A DNA stretch of 64,000 nucleotides from assembly GCA_054600435.1 (NCBI GenBank), contig BAAIJX010000001.1, positions 682,001-746,000 on the forward strand, in the 5' to 3' direction. This document shows positions 48,468 through 62,203 of this stretch, in pieces. The number at the start of each line of letters is the position of its first letter. The first letter of the stretch is position 1. The translations under genes were made by a program, and so were the position numbers. Under the pieces are notes generated by a model. The model had not been told where the DNA came from. It saw only the letters and a program-made list of their open reading frames with translations, and made no database searches. The stretch comes from Neophaeotheca triangularis. Its lineage: Eukaryota.

Positions 48468-50230
48468 ATGTCGGGTGAAGCGACTACACCGCGAGACGTC
48501 CAACACCAACAACATCACCAACACCAACACCAACACCTTGAACACGAACATCAAATTCACCGCGACAGCCTACTCGAGCCAAGCACTCCTCACCACCACC
48601 CCGGTCCCGGTCACGGTCGCGTCTACCACCAGCAACCGGCTGCGCCCACAGGCGAAAGCGCAGCGGGTGAGCTACAGGAAGAGCTTGGATCGAATACCAC
48701 CACCTCCACCACTACCGCTGCAGCTGCAACTACCACACGAGCCCCAGGCCGGGAGCATGCTGACACCCCCGTCGACAATAAACACATCAGCACCCCAGCC
48801 AACGCCAAAGCTCACCCGGGTAGCGTGAAAACACCTCCTCCAGCCGCGTCCGCTTCCTCACCTACTAGTCACGAAGCCACAGGTCTTGCTCCCGGTGTCG
48901 GCTTCGTCGCGCCAAGCTCGTATCTCAGACCTTTGGGCAGTGTGCGAGGCAGAAGTTCCAGTCGCAGCAGGTCGAGACACGACGGTCCCGACATGCACGT
49001 TGATTCGGATTTGCTGTCGAGAGCTGGCGGCGGCGGCGGCGGCGACACGATGAAGGCCATGTCGCCTGTGGATAGGGAGCAGATTGAGGGATTGGTAAGT
49101 CTTTCGCTGCTCGTGGTGTTGGTCGTAGTCTTTTGCTGACTCGTTGTGAACAGAGAGCGATACGTGCGTTTTTAAAGGTCCGCACGAGCTATGATGTTCT
49201 GCCGCTCAGTTACAGGTTGATTGTCTTCGATACGGCGTTGCTGGTCAAGAAGAGCTTGAACATTCTCATTCAATGCGGTGAGTACACTTTGAACCTGACA
49301 TTGATGAGCGTGGTGCTAACTTATTGGACTAGGCATCGTTTCTGCCCCCTTGTGGGACTCGAAAACTTCCACGTTCGCCGGCTTACTCACAACATCAGAC
49401 TACATCAACGTTGTACAATACTACTGGCAAAATCCAGACGCCCTGAACCAAGTCGACCAATTCCGCCTCAACAGCCTCCGCGACATCGAGCGCGCCATAG
49501 GCGTCACCCCCATCGAAACCGTCTCTATCCACCCTCTGCGCCCTCTATACGAAGCATGCCGTGAGATGCTCGAGTCGCGCGCCCGCCGCATCCCACTAGT
49601 CGACGTTGACGACGAAACCGGCCGTGAAATGGTCGTGAGCGTGGTAACGCAATACCGGATCCTCAAATTCGTCTCGGTCAACGTCAAAGAGACGCAAATG
49701 CTGCGCAAACCTCTCCGAGACTTGAACGTCGGCTCTTACAAGGATCTGAGCACCGCCACCATGGACACGCCCGTCATGCACGTCATTCACATGCTCGTTA
49801 AGCGCGACATCAGCAGCGTGCCCATCCTCGACAAGGTCACGGGGCAGGTTCTCAATGTTTTTGAGGCCGTGGATGTCATTGCGCTGATTAAGGGCGGCGA
49901 TTACGATAACCTCAATCTCACGGCTGGCAAGGCTTTGGAGAAGCGGTCTGATGTAAGTTTGCAGCTCTCGACTCCTGCAAAACCCACTCCGTTACTAACA
50001 CACTTCCCCCCATCTAGGATTTCCCAGGCATCTACACCTGCACCCTCAACGACCGCCTCGACACCATCTTCGACACGATCCGCAAGTCTCGTGTTCACCG
50101 ACTCGTCATCATCGACGACCAAAGCCAGCTCAAGGGCCTGCTGTCCCTGAGCGATATTCTCGACTATACACTCAACAGCCCTCTCGGGGACGAAAACGAC
50201 AACAACAACGGCGGCGTCGAAGCACGGTGA
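48468..50230 (+). CDS. SNF4: AMPK/SNF1 gamma subunit, CBS domains (exons 48468-49094, 49154-49277, 49333-49952, 50018-50230; start uncertain)
   Basis: FLKVRTSYDVLPLSYRLIVFDT, GIVSAPLWDS, TQYRILKF, IRKSRVHRL, LSLSDIL. Confidence 0.93.
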
Positions 50231-50680
50231 TGTGTTGGTCCCCAACACAGCGGCAGACCAGAATCGTGAGAAAACGAAGGCGAAGCACGAAGAACGAGGA
50301 CGAAAGTAACGTGTTCCATGAAAGATAATCTTTCCTCCCGCGTGTGGTGTGGTGTGGATTTATACCCCGAGGGCGGATTTTTAAAAAGTCGAGTGTGCCT
50401 GACCGTCGGTCGATCGGCAGTGCTTGTTGCTGCGGTGGGCATTGAGGTATGTACTATAGCATAGCATACAAAGACGGACAGTTGAGCCACTTTTCTTTTA
50501 TTAACCCCTTTCGAGTGCCTAAACAATCGGCGTCACGTGTGTGTATGGAGTTGCAATTCCCCACTTGCATTAAAACCACAGCTCACAAAACGCACGAGAT
50601 GGCGAAAGAGGAGAGTGAACGAGTGAGTGAGCAGTACGTAAATCGAACGGACTTGGAGACGGGAGGACGAATGTGCGTAA

Positions 50681-50705
50681 GTGTGTGTGTGTGTGTGCGC
50701 GCGCG
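50681..50705. repeat. (GT)n-(GC)n microsatellite
   Basis: GTGTGTGTGTGTGTGTGCGCGCGCG. Confidence 0.85.
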
Positions 50706-51588
50706 TCTTGCTGCCGCGGTAGGGATGGAATGCCTTTTCCGGGCTTGAGTGGTCTTGTGTACTTGCGTTGTGTACGATATGTATCCCCTCCCCAACCTCT
50801 CTCTCTTTAGGTCATTACGTTACATCCTGTTTCTTCTCTCGCTGTATATAGGCCCTGCGAAGGATGTCGATGGGCCACTCACCGCGAGGCTCGAGCGATG
50901 GGTTACGATGGTCGCCGTGGCTACTTTATGCCGATGGCTCCAGCTTGCTGTACAAGACTGCCACACCCAAAAGCGATCGAGCCTGCCTCGGCTGCTTGGG
51001 AGATGAAAGATGCCAGAGCATGGCGCATTTTACCTCCCCTGTCCGCTTTCGCAACCGTCAGTAGATCTGATCGTAGCCCATTGCCTGCCTCGTTGGGATG
51101 GCAGTGGGTCGGAGAGCTTGAGGTTGCCGACCAACATCAGCACGGCACATTCGTGTTGACGTTCGCAACTCGAGTGATTCTGGCGTCGGCTGAGATGTGT
51201 CGACAGGGATGAGCGATGGGGTTTGCTCGAGTAGTTTCGGTGCGAGGGGTGGCCCTTGAGCGGTCTGAAGTTATGAGGTGGGCGGGAGATGTGGGGATGT
51301 TGTTGATGAGGGCTGGTTCCTGGCGGTCAGAGCTGCTGGACTTGGATTGCCGCGTTCTGGGGGTCCTCCTCCGTTATGGAATGGATGCGGTGCCGTTCTA
51401 TTGGCTCGCGGCACCGAGAGAGCGTGCGTGTTTCTTTCCTGCGAGATGGATCTTTGCCTTTCGCCGCGGGTTCGTTGGCCCGTTACCAAGACCACGCACT
51501 TCTCCCTGACCCCTCCAGATAGCCGCGACGACGTCGTCCCCCTCGCCGCGACGACAAAGCATCCAATCACCCATCACAGCCTCCCCCT

Positions 51589-53137
51589 TTAACCATCCAA
51601 AGGACATGCCTCATGCCCCTCCACAAACCCAGCAATCCCAGCCCTCCACCCACTCACCCACGTCCTAGCACCAGCTCCACTCTTCCCGGCCTCGATCTTC
51701 TCCCTCCCAACCCCCAACCTCCAAGCCTCACTCAAAAAGCAAGTCCCATGATTCACAATCCGCCTCTCCACCTGCACCGTCACAACGGTCCAGGAAAACT
51801 GCTTACAAGCCGCCATGTCCTGGCAAGCGAGCGCGCACGCATCGTAAGTGCGATGTGGGTCTTTGAGTTGGGGGATGCCTTTGTGGGCTAGGGGGGTGCT
51901 TTCGACGGGGGCGAGGTAGAAGGCTGGGTCGTCGGAGAGGTTGTCGTGGTTTTCGCGTTTGAAGGGAAGGTTGGTGGGGTGAAAGAGCTTAAAGACGTCG
52001 CGGTGGAGGAGGCGGTGATGTGGGTGCTGGGCTTGAACTTGGTGGAGGGTGTTTTGGTCGCGGTTCGTTGTGTTGTGGAGGCTGATTAGGGGTTGGCACC
52101 AATTTCCGGGGTTGAAGGGGATCAGATTTGGGGAGCTGGAGGGGGGGGTGGAGGTTAGTAAGCGGGTTGATGGAGATGGGGGAGGGCAAGACTGACTGTG
52201 CGCTGATGGCGCCACCGGCATGGGACATGTTAAGCCCAAGTCCCTGCTGCAATGCGACCTCGAGCAGGCTTTCACCAGAATCAAAGTGCTTAAGCTGCTC
52301 CTCCCACTCTGCCACAAACTCCCTTCCCTTCGCATTCCAGGCTTTGACAACCTCCCCGGACAATACCAACGCACCTGAACTCCCCGTACCCGCCCCACGC
52401 TTTCTCATGAACTCACTATCCCTCCCAACACTTCCATAAAACAACATCTCCCCGGCATCCAACTTGCCCAACCATTCGAGCAAATTCGGCCAAGCGAGAT
52501 AAACATCCGTCTCCAAAAACACATACCAGCGCCTGTCAGGCCGCAACTCCCACGCCGCGCCCAGCATGCGCAGAAACTTCAAGCGATCCAGTTCCCCGGC
52601 GGCCGTCATCAACTTCTCCGAATCCACCTTGCGCAGCTCCAACTCCGGGATCTCGCGCTCGCGGCCCTGCGTCACGAGACGCTGCTGCTCACTGTACAGC
52701 ATGGAGCCGGCTCTGGGCCACTCGGCGGCGGATGAGGGCCCGGAAACAATGTCATAGGCTGTATGCTCGCCCAGCTTTTGCTGCAGGTCCGAGAGGATTA
52801 GGGGCTCGGAGACGCAGGCGAGAGATGTCACGAGCATGGTTGGTAAGCGCTTGTCCAGCTCTGGCGCGGAGGTTTTAACCACGATGGCGATGTCTCCCCT
52901 GTCTGGGTATTTGGTGCAGAGGTCCGTGGGGGGTGGCGGGGGTTCGGAGCGGAGGAGGTAGCCTTGGGCGTGTTTTAGATGGGGTTGTGGGTGGGACCCT
53001 GGCGCATCTGGACGGTGATTGCGGATGGTGAGGAAGGTGATCAGTCCGATTAGGAGGATGAGTGTGAGCAATCCCAGTCGCAGGACTGGCGGATTGCTGC
53101 TTATTCGTCCCCGGGAGAGGGAGAGTTGAGGTGACAT
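51589..53137 (-). CDS. Glycosyltransferase family 31-like type II membrane protein (exons 53137-52197, 52135-51589)
   Basis: N-terminal TM helix, AIVVKTS, LDRLKFL, WYVFLETDVY, WCQPLISLH, C-terminal Cys-rich PAN-like module. Intron GTCAGT...TACTAAC...CAG explains the frame change. Confidence 0.8.
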
Positions 53138-53524
53138 GATTGATGTGGTCCAGAGATGGCTTGTAAAGTATGTTCGCCTCTATGTGGGAGCGACTACCTC
53201 GATAACATGCTGTGGAGATGACGGGAGAGCATAGACGTTCATGTGATGTGAGAGCTTGATAGGAAGAAAAAGTTATCAACGCGGCATAGTGGTGACGGTG
53301 GTTAAAGGCGGTGGCGTGGTGATAACTATGTATTATATACCTTACCATATATGTACCACCGTAAATTATCAAGTCCAATCTTCGCCGAGCATGGCAGAAG
53401 ATGGGGATGGAAGTTTATTCTATATAGCCGAGATGGATCATGAACCGGTCGACTAATATGGATTACCTCCTAACGCCGCTAGACACTCCGCGGGCCTGCT
53501 AACTAACGCCGCCATACAAGTCTC

Positions 53525-53595
53525 TCCACTACTCTACTACCTACTCTACTACTACTCTACCTTACGCCAATGATAATAATAATAATAATAATACA
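53525..53595. repeat. CTACT-type and (AAT)n simple repeats between the GT31 gene and the PP2A-A 3' end
   Basis: CTACTCTACTACCTACTCTACT...; ATAATAATAATAATAATA. Confidence 0.8.
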
Positions 53596-54011
53596 AATAA
53601 CGACTCACCGAGCATGAAGTAGGTAGAATAATTATAAGTGCACGTGGGGAAACAAGTCCTCGCCCAGACACACACATCATTGTTCGCGAGCAAGTGAAAC
53701 AAATGGCTTGACCCGCAAAGACATATATCGTATACCATGCCGCAGCGCAGAAAGCAGCGGCACCTACAATGGGCGTGCAGCAGATAAGAAGATACGCCTG
53801 TCTCAATATGCGCAGTAGTAGCTGCTTACCGCCTCTCGCACCAAAAGAGAAGCCTCACGGTGCGCACCTCCATTCCCACGCAGCGCAACAGCTCTCGTGG
53901 CTCATGTTTTTGCTTCGCCTCGTCTGCAAGTCATGCCGCACCGCTATCTGCCCTCGGCCTACGCGGCACATTTGCCGTCGTAGCAGCGGCTGAGACCCCT
54001 GGAACAACCAC

Positions 54012-56183
54012 CTAAGTCTCCATAGCCTCGCCTGCACCCCCAGTGCCGTTCCATCCCTTGGCAGCGCTGCTGGCGAAGAATCGCACATCCACGTCGTCGT
54101 CTTGCATCAGCTTTTCCAGCTGCGGCAACACTTCTTCCGTCACACACTGTGAGCCCTTTTGCGTCCCCGTCGTATCGTTCCTGCCCTCCTTTTCCAGCGA
54201 CAGCAGCGTTGATGTTTCGTCGGGCAGGCGCTTGAATATGTCGACGAGGACGGCATAGGATTTGGCCACGTTGAAGCGAATGTTGGGGATTGGGTCGGCA
54301 ACGAGCTGTTTGAGGATTGGTAGGACGGATGCGGAGAGAACTGGGAGGGAAAGGGCTGGTGCGAGAGTCTGTGGTGCTACGTTAGCATGTCTCGAATGAG
54401 GTGACACTGCAGGCTTATTTTGGCTCACCGAAACGGCAAAGCATGTGGTCATGCGGTAAAGGTAGTTTGGGTGCTCGGCCATGGCAGCCACCTTGGGTAC
54501 AATGTTGCCGCTCGCCCATTCCACGCCAAAGACTTCTGTAAGCTTCTTCAGGTTGAGCGTGCTAGCCTCCCTTATGCTGAATACAGTGTCTCCGAGCCAG
54601 GACATGCACAGGCCGGCTAGCTTGTCATCGAAGAATTGAACGCCGAGCTGCGATGCCAGGAGGGGAACGTATTGAATGATCGCGAGCCTAACACGCCACT
54701 GCTTGTCCTCGGCGAGTTGCACGATGGCTGGAAGCAGCGATTGCGAAAGCAACTCGATGCCAATGACATTGTTGACTTGCTCGAGCTTAGAAATGATGTT
54801 GAGGCGCACATCGGGGAAGTCGTCTTTGAGCATCTGCAGGAACATGGGGAGCAGAATGTCCGTCGTCTGTTGTTTGCCAAGGATGGGAGCCAAACCGCTA
54901 ATCTGGTTGCCGAGTGCAGCGCGAACGTGTTGAGAAGAGTCGGTAACAAGGTCCTCGACGGCCGGCATAATGTCGCGCACGAGCGCCTCGTGGTCGACGA
55001 GCTCACAGAAACCTGCCATGTTAGAATGCGTAGGAATATGATCTCTCAACATGATCTTACCAGGTAGCTGACCGCACGTCGCGCTCCGGACTTCAGCCTC
55101 GGTATCTTTGAGCAGCTTGACATAGGCAGGCACTAGATCTCTCTCAATGACCTCGTTGTCCACCGCCTTTGCGATCTTTTCGAATCTGTCTGCAACCATG
55201 TACCTGACTCGCCAGCTCTTGTCCTCAAACAGACTTCGTAGCGCCGCGAGGAGCACGCCATGGCTGCTTTGCTGCTCTTTGGGAACGGCCTCCGCGATGG
55301 CGATGAGCACATCAACAGTGAGGAGGCGCACGCTGTCCTGGTCATCTTGCGCAAGATGCTGGAATAGGGGTATCATTTCTTCAATGACGAGAGCGGCTGG
55401 CATGCTCTTGACGAATTTTGCGAGGTTGTTAGCGGCCTGCCTCCTGACCATGGGCGTGTCATCGTGAACGAGGCGTGAGAATTCCGATCTCAGTCCTTCC
55501 TGGGCTTGCGGCCCCGAATGCTGATAAGGTGTGTTGTAAAGGGCGGTGGCGGAGATTTTAGAGGTGAACCAATCGGCTTTTGAGAGACGAATAGTGAGAG
55601 GGATGAAATGTTGCTCGACCTGTTGTTGTGAAAGCTGCTCGCAGATCTTGTTTAGGGATTCGCAGGCCTGAGCCGTGATTAGCACACATCTCGCTGGTCT
55701 TTGAGCAGTAATTGACATGACATACCTTGTCGCGCACGAGTGGCTCTTCGATCGTGGCCAAATTCTCAAGGGGTGACAGGAGCACATGGCCATAGTCTGG
55801 ACCACCGACGTACTCCACAAAGCCGCCCAGCTCGTCGCTGAGGGCTGTGAGCACTTCGTCCTCGTCCTCGATCGATTCTGCGTTGTTACTGTTAGAGTCA
55901 ATTCATGCATCAAGCAATTCAGTAAATTTACCATCTAAGAAGGGAATCAGCTCCTCCCTGGTGCGGTCTGGACCCAAGGCGAGGGCAATGGTGGAGAGCC
56001 TGCGAATGGCATTGAGGCGGAGAAGGACATCGTCGTGCTTTGAAAGTGTCAGCGTATCTGTTCTGAAGCTTCACGAACAGGCCTTGACGCTGGTGGCAGG
56101 CCAACTGAGAGATCGCATACCTTGAGCTCGTCAATGAGCACAGCTATGGGATAGAGCTCATCGCCCTGACCTTGCTCCTCCAT
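54012..56183 (-). CDS. TPD3: Protein phosphatase 2A scaffold (A) subunit, HEAT repeats, multi-exon
   Basis: [64 protein letters not shown]. Confidence 0.96.
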
Positions 56184-56908
56184 GCTTGTTTGTGTACCGG
56201 GTGTGAGTAGCTGGGATGGTATGGGGAAAGCAGAAGTCCAACTCGGTGTCACTGTATGTATCTAGGCGGCGGAGGCGAGGGTAAGTGGGGGAGGGCGGTG
56301 GGTACGACGGTCGGGGAGGGCAGCAGGTTGGTTGAGATGCTACCTAGACAACAGTGTTAGCCTACACTCACGCATATGGTAGCCGCATAGGCAACCATGA
56401 GAAGATTCAGAGGGCCACAGCGGTCCAAGTACCCTCTGCAGGTACCAGGGCCATTGCCTATGAACTTGAAGCTGTCTTGGGCGCGCTGGGGAGTGTTGTG
56501 TACGTACCTTGGCCTTGGCGGTGGTGGAAGCAGACGGAGAATGTGGTGGTGTCGGTGGTGATTGCTATTGTTGTGGTGGGTGTGGGCGAGGGATAGGTGG
56601 TATTGTTGTTGTTGTCGTGGTCGAACGTCGTCAATACTATGCCGGTCTGAAGCTGGGCCTGTTGTCTGCTGTCGGAGAGAGAGATGCCTCTTTTCGTGGG
56701 GCCGGCGTCTCATGCGCCACACCACCACCTGTGGCGGTGCGCCTTTCCCAAAACAGTCATGGGCAACTTCAACTTCACGATTTATTTTGCGCCTGAGTGC
56801 AAGAAACACGACATATCCCGTTTGAGACACGACCCAGGTAACCTCATTACAAGGCGCAAGGGATTTTCGTATTCTGCACTACTCTGCGGCTGAATTTGAG
56901 TCCTCAAC

Positions 56909-58872
56909 ATGCCTACCATCGGCGTGGACAAGGCCGCCTTCTTCAAGGCCTTGGGCAAAGAATACACCCGCGAGGAATTCGACAACCTGTGCTTCGACTA
57001 TGGATTGGAACTGGACGAGGACACATCTGACCAGAAGCGGCCAATCGTGGACGGGGTCGAAGAGCCTCCTCAACTCAAGATCGAGATCCCCGCAAACCGC
57101 TATGATATGCTCTGCTTCGAGGGCATTGCCATGAACCTGAATGTCTTCCTAGGCCGCCAACAGGTGCCCAAGTGGCAACTTAAGGCACCCCCAAATGGCG
57201 ATCTGCAAAAGGTTACGGTACACCCCGATACCGCGAGAATACGGCCTTATTTCTCCTGCGCCGTCCTCAGGGGCATCAAGTTCGATAAGGCGAGATACGA
57301 CAGCTTCATCGCGCTGCAAGATAAGCTGCACGCAAATTTGGCAAGGAACCGCACGCTCGTTGCCATTGGCACGCACGATCTCGACACCATTGAGGGACCT
57401 TTCAGCTACGAAGCTTTGCCACCGGAGCAGATCAACTTTGCGCCTCTCAACCAAACTAAAAGCATGAACGGCAAGGAGATGATGGAATTCTATGAGGTTG
57501 GCATTCGCTGCAAGCGCTACCGACAGCATTGCAACTAACAACTTTGCATTACAGAAAGACAAGCACCTTTCCAAGTTCCTCCCCATCATCCGAGACTCCC
57601 CAGTCTACCCCATCATCTATGACAAGAACCGCCAAGTGCTCTCCATGCCCCCTATCATCAACAGCAACCACTCCAAAATCACCCTCGACACGACAAACGT
57701 CTTCATCGACATCACAGCAACCGACAAGACCAAGCTCGAGCTCGTCAACCAAATCATCTGCGCCATGTTCTCGCAGTACTGTAGCGAACCCTTCACCATC
57801 GAGCCCGTCGAAATCCACTCACCCCACAACAACGAAACCCGGCAAAGCCCCGATCTGACGCCGCGAGCCACCCAAGCCAGCGCCAAATTCATCAACTCCG
57901 TCTGCGGCCTAGACCTCAGCCGCGAAGACCTTGCCCGCAGCCTGGAGAGAATGTGCTACGTCGCCAGACCATCCAACACGGACCCCGACACGCTGGACGT
58001 CGACATCCCCATCACGCGCGCCGACGTCCTCCACCAAGCCGACATCATGGAAGACGCAGCCATCGCCTACGGTTTCAACAACCTCCCGCGCAACTTCCCA
58101 TCAACCTCCTCTTCCGTCGCCGCCGCCCTTCCCATCAACAAACTCGCCGACATCGTCCGCCTCGAGAGCGCCATGGCCGGCTGGTCCGAAGTGATGCCGC
58201 TAATCCTCTGCTCCCACGACGAAAACTACGCCTGGCTGAACAAAGCCGACGACGGACGGGCGGTGCGCCTGCAAAACCCCAAAACCCTCGAGTACCAAAT
58301 CGTGCGCACTTCGCTGCTACCGGGCCTGCTCAAAACCGTCCGCGAGAACAAGCGGCACCCGGTGCCCATGAAGATTTTCGAGGTCTCCGACGTCGGGCTG
58401 CAGGACGCTTCGACGGAGCGCCGGAGCCGCAACGAGCGCCGCTTCGCCGCCTGCTGGTATGGCAAAACTAGCGGTTTCGAGCAGGTCCACGGCTTGCTCG
58501 ATCGCGTCATGTTGATGCTGAAATCCGCTTTCATTACCAAGGAGGAGGGCGTCAAGGACCCGAAGATGCAGGGGTATTGGATCGAGGAAGTCGACGGTAA
58601 GCCAACCCCCGTCCCCGCCCCCGCGCGCCCTACTATCTAGCACGTCCAGTACTCTCAGCCTACAACAAAACTTCTTTTCCGCTAACCTTTCTGTGTTGGC
58701 AACAGACCCGAGCTACCTCAAAGGCCACTCGGCGGCCGTGATGCTGCAGCTCGCCGGCCAGAAAGCCCGCCAGATCGGCGTCTTTGGCATCCTGCACCCG
58801 GATGTCCTCAAGAAGTTCGAGCTGCCCTTCCCCACTAGCACGCTCGAGTTGGAGCTCGAGTGCTTCATGTAG
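56909..58872 (+). CDS. FRS1: Cytosolic phenylalanyl-tRNA synthetase beta subunit (introns ~57497-57554, ~58597-58704)
   Basis: [57 protein letters not shown]. Confidence 0.96.
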
Positions 58873-59356
58873 ACGACTCTGCGAGCGTCGTTCGTTGCGA
58901 AAGAGCGCTTGTGAGAAAAGCGGAATGGCGGTCGCTTCACTCTGCTTCACCCTGAGACCGTTGTCGCGGGATGATAGATGTGTGGGCACTACATTCGTGG
59001 GAAGGAAGGAGGCGTGGAAGAGGTCGAAAGGATAGAAATGCGGGACGTGCAGCAAAAATTGTGGCTTTTTCGTGATTTCGGCATTCGAACGGGGTATATA
59101 GCTAGCTAGATAGCTGAAAAGAATGCCTGGTTCGTGAAGCTACAGATGTCTCCTTTTCGCCCTGGCTTTAACCAAAGCCGAGAGAAAGCTCCAAGTGACG
59201 TTTAAGAGCAAAGACCTCGAGAGTGGAGATGAGCAACCCCTTTCATCCTCGCTGCGGACCGACCAAGTCAAGACCCTTCGGATGACGGATAGGGAAGCAA
59301 CTTTCCAGCAACTGACTTAGGTGCAGATTCAGAAGTGGGTGTGCCGTCCGAATCGT

Positions 59357-61762
59357 TCAAGTCGCGACGTCCAACCCGCTCTGCTCTCCAACTACCACCT
59401 GAGCAGCAATCTGAGGCGGCTCACTGCCACTCTTGCTCTTAGGATCAGCACCCTCCTCGGGCTGCGCACTGCCGATCTTGCGCATGGGCAAATCCACAGA
59501 CTTGGCCGAAGCAGGACGCTCATCCACCTCCATCGCTTCGCCGCCATCTTGCGGAGCCGCGTCCTCCGAGTCATCATGAATTTCCACGCTACCCTCACCG
59601 CCCGCTCCGCTGCTGTTCCTCAAGACCGCCCGCTCCTTGATCCGAGCAGCCTCGCTCTCCACCCACCTCATACGGTCGCCGTTGCTCGAGAGTTCCTCAC
59701 GGACGTGGTCGACGCAGACCTTGGTCCACTCGGCGTGTCTGGCGCACTTCTTCTTGTCGCAGACTTCGTAATCGTTCAGATCCTCCTGTACCTCTTCACC
59801 AACGCCATTGTCCTTGTTTCCATCCGCCATCTCAGTGTCCTCGTTGGTGCCGTTCGCACTTCCTTCCGTCGCCAATGTCTCCAGTTCCATCGCCGTCTTA
59901 CCTTGTGGAGTGTTCAGCCACTTGCTGAAAGTCTTCTCGGTCCATTCGAGCCTGGAGTCGTAGCCGCAGAAGTCCTTTGGCTTGAGCTCCTTCTCTACTG
60001 CTGCCGCCGAAGCCGCTTGTTTGATCATGTTGACGAACTTGATGCGGTCTTTGAGCAGCAAGTGACGGTTGCGGGCACGTTCGCGGAGGGAAGCGATCTC
60101 CTGCAGTGCGGCAGTCTCCTCGAGGTTGTAGATGGTCTCGTCCTTTTCTCCTTTACCATCAGGGGTCGCTGGAGGACTCAGAACGCCCTCCCCTAGCTTT
60201 TTGAAGTCGTCAACCGTCTTGGAAGCGTGGAGAAGAGTTTTGAGTTCGCTGGGCGCGAGAATGCCGCCGCGGGCTCCAGATTCGTTGTCTTCTGCCTCGC
60301 TTGGAAGATGTGCGCCGTTCTTCCTCCTGGTACCTCTGTTTCGAATCTTCTCCTTGGACGCCTCGGTCTTTGCCGTAAGATCCGCGAAATAGGCGATCCC
60401 ACAGGCCTCGGAGCAATACTTGCTGTTCTTGGCGCCCTTGCTCTTGCCTACTCTAGCTGGCTGCCTACACCCCTGCTTCCGGCACATTGGCTTGAAAGTC
60501 GTCTTGCCGATTTCAAGCTTCTCGCAGTTCGGGCAGATGTACTTGTCGATCAGGTTCTTGTCCTTCTCTTCTATGCCAACGCACTTGCCATGGAACCAAT
60601 CGTCGCAGGTGCCATCGCATCCAATCATGAAAGTGCCGTTATCAGGTTTCTTGCAGATGCAGTAGAGGTCGCTGTCGCCGTCTCGCTCCTCATCCATTTC
60701 CTCCATCTCTTCATCTTCATCAGAGTAGGAACGGGTTGATGGCGCAGGTGAGGAACCAGCGGGTGTGCCTCGGCTGCTGCCTGCCTTCAGTGTCGGGGCC
60801 TTTGAGCTTGGCTCAATTTTGCGCTTCTTGGAAGCGGGAGCCTTCTTGACTGCGTTTGCGGTGCCCTTTTTCTTGGAAGGCGCAGGACGCTTCTTCGGGT
60901 TCGGTGCAGACATCTCGGTGGATGGGAGCGGAACTGAAGAGTCTCTGAGCGGCGACTGTGTTCGAAGACCGTGCTCGTTCTTCAGCGAAGCAATGGTTTT
61001 GGTGTTGTGACTCTCTCCAGCAGCTTGTGGGTCAAATGTTCGACCTGCTTCTGCGGGGGAGGAAGGCAAAGGAGTGGTGGTGGGTTCTGGTTTCACGGTG
61101 GCAGGTGAGGGGGCTTTTGCGTTGCTGTCACTAGTGTTGGAGATGGTAGTGGTAAGCTGAGTTTGAGAAGTATGAGAACCCTGGGTGACGTTTGAGGTTG
61201 CCTCTTCGAGTGATGTAGGGTCTAGGTGAGGTTGCTGGCTAGAAGTGAAGCCTTGAATGGGAGGCAAAATGTAAGCGGACTGTGTGGTGGAAATAACCGA
61301 GGCGCGTCTCTGCGCTTCTGGAGATCGCGAGGCCATGTGATAAGCTTCGAGGGTAGGTGAATGGGTCTGAAGCGCAGGCGCAGTGCCTCCAGACGAAGAA
61401 CTTGGCCTTGGAAGCTCCATTGGCGCATTGTGTCCGTTGCTCGCTACTGCTTCAGATGCGCGCCGTCCATTATACTGGCCTGCGCTTGGTGGTCTGCCGA
61501 ATCCGTCATGGCGTGTAGGCGGCGATGCGCTGCTGCCGGCAAGAGATGCTAAAGCTCGCGCGGCTTCATCGTCGGCGGCGCTGCTTTTGCGGTGTTGTAC
61601 ATTGCTCGGTGGCTGCCATTGCGGCAATGGAGGATTCTCTTGTCTCGGCGACTCGCTGATGGCCGGCGCTGGTATGGATTCTCTACGCTGCATCGCCGCT
61701 GCTTCCTGCGCGCCGTCTCTAGAAGGCTCGGGATTGAGCAAAGAGGATAGGCTGAAGGACAT
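59357..61762 (-). CDS. SPP1: COMPASS/Set1C PHD-finger subunit, 801 aa
   Basis: [31 protein letters not shown]...[16 protein letters not shown]-terminal FCGYDSRL...[11 protein letters not shown]. Confidence 0.9.
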   Translation of the reverse strand: MSFSLSSLLNPEPSRDGAQEAAAMQRRESIPAPAISESPRQENPPLPQWQPPSNVQHRKSSAADDEAARALASLAGSSASPPTRHDGFGRPPSAGQYNGRRASEAVASNGHNAPMELPRPSSSSGGTAPALQTHSPTLEAYHMASRSPEAQRRASVISTTQSAYILPPIQGFTSSQQPHLDPTSLEEATSNVTQGSHTSQTQLTTTISNTSDSNAKAPSPATVKPEPTTTPLPSSPAEAGRTFDPQAAGESHNTKTIASLKNEHGLRTQSPLRDSSVPLPSTEMSAPNPKKRPAPSKKKGTANAVKKAPASKKRKIEPSSKAPTLKAGSSRGTPAGSSPAPSTRSYSDEDEEMEEMDEERDGDSDLYCICKKPDNGTFMIGCDGTCDDWFHGKCVGIEEKDKNLIDKYICPNCEKLEIGKTTFKPMCRKQGCRQPARVGKSKGAKNSKYCSEACGIAYFADLTAKTEASKEKIRNRGTRRKNGAHLPSEAEDNESGARGGILAPSELKTLLHASKTVDDFKKLGEGVLSPPATPDGKGEKDETIYNLEETAALQEIASLRERARNRHLLLKDRIKFVNMIKQAASAAAVEKELKPKDFCGYDSRLEWTEKTFSKWLNTPQGKTAMELETLATEGSANGTNEDTEMADGNKDNGVGEEVQEDLNDYEVCDKKKCARHAEWTKVCVDHVREELSSNGDRMRWVESEAARIKERAVLRNSSGAGGEGSVEIHDDSEDAAPQDGGEAMEVDERPASAKSVDLPMRKIGSAQPEEGADPKSKSGSEPPQIAAQVVVGEQSGLDVAT

Positions 61763-62203
61763 GCTTGCTGGACTCGCGCGTCCTGTGAACGCGCTATGGA
61801 AAGGTTTTTGTGGTGATATGGCCAGAATTGACGGTGCTCATGCCAAGAAGTGAGGTTGAAGGATGAGGAGAAAGACCAAGTGAGGTGGATTTGAGGTGAG
61901 GTGAGGTGAGGTTGAGGTTGCAAGGCAACAGTTGCATCGCGCAAAGGAAAGCACGTCACGGTCGTAGGAAATGGAAAGCGCGAATGTTGGCCGAGTTAGG
62001 AAGTGGTCCGTGCAGCCGTAAATCGCGGGGCCTGGATGCATACACGGGTACACGGGTAATCATTTGGAGTACTCGGACTTTGACATCCTTCCCCGGGACA
62101 GTGAGGTGAGGTGAGATCAGTCCCGTCACGTTACCCTCGAGTCCGACACGCATCGGTACAGACAGTGCAACTACAGTTGGAGGACCACACTTCTCCGTCC
62201 ACG

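Noticed and set aside
51589..52398. Apparent frameshift or pseudogene in the GT31 gene
   Set aside because: A canonical intron (52196-52136) joins the two frames.
45860..56183. Functional signalling cluster (PTC1, SNF4, PP2A-A)
   Set aside because: They are interspersed with unrelated housekeeping genes, and nothing in the sequence supports co-regulation beyond chance.
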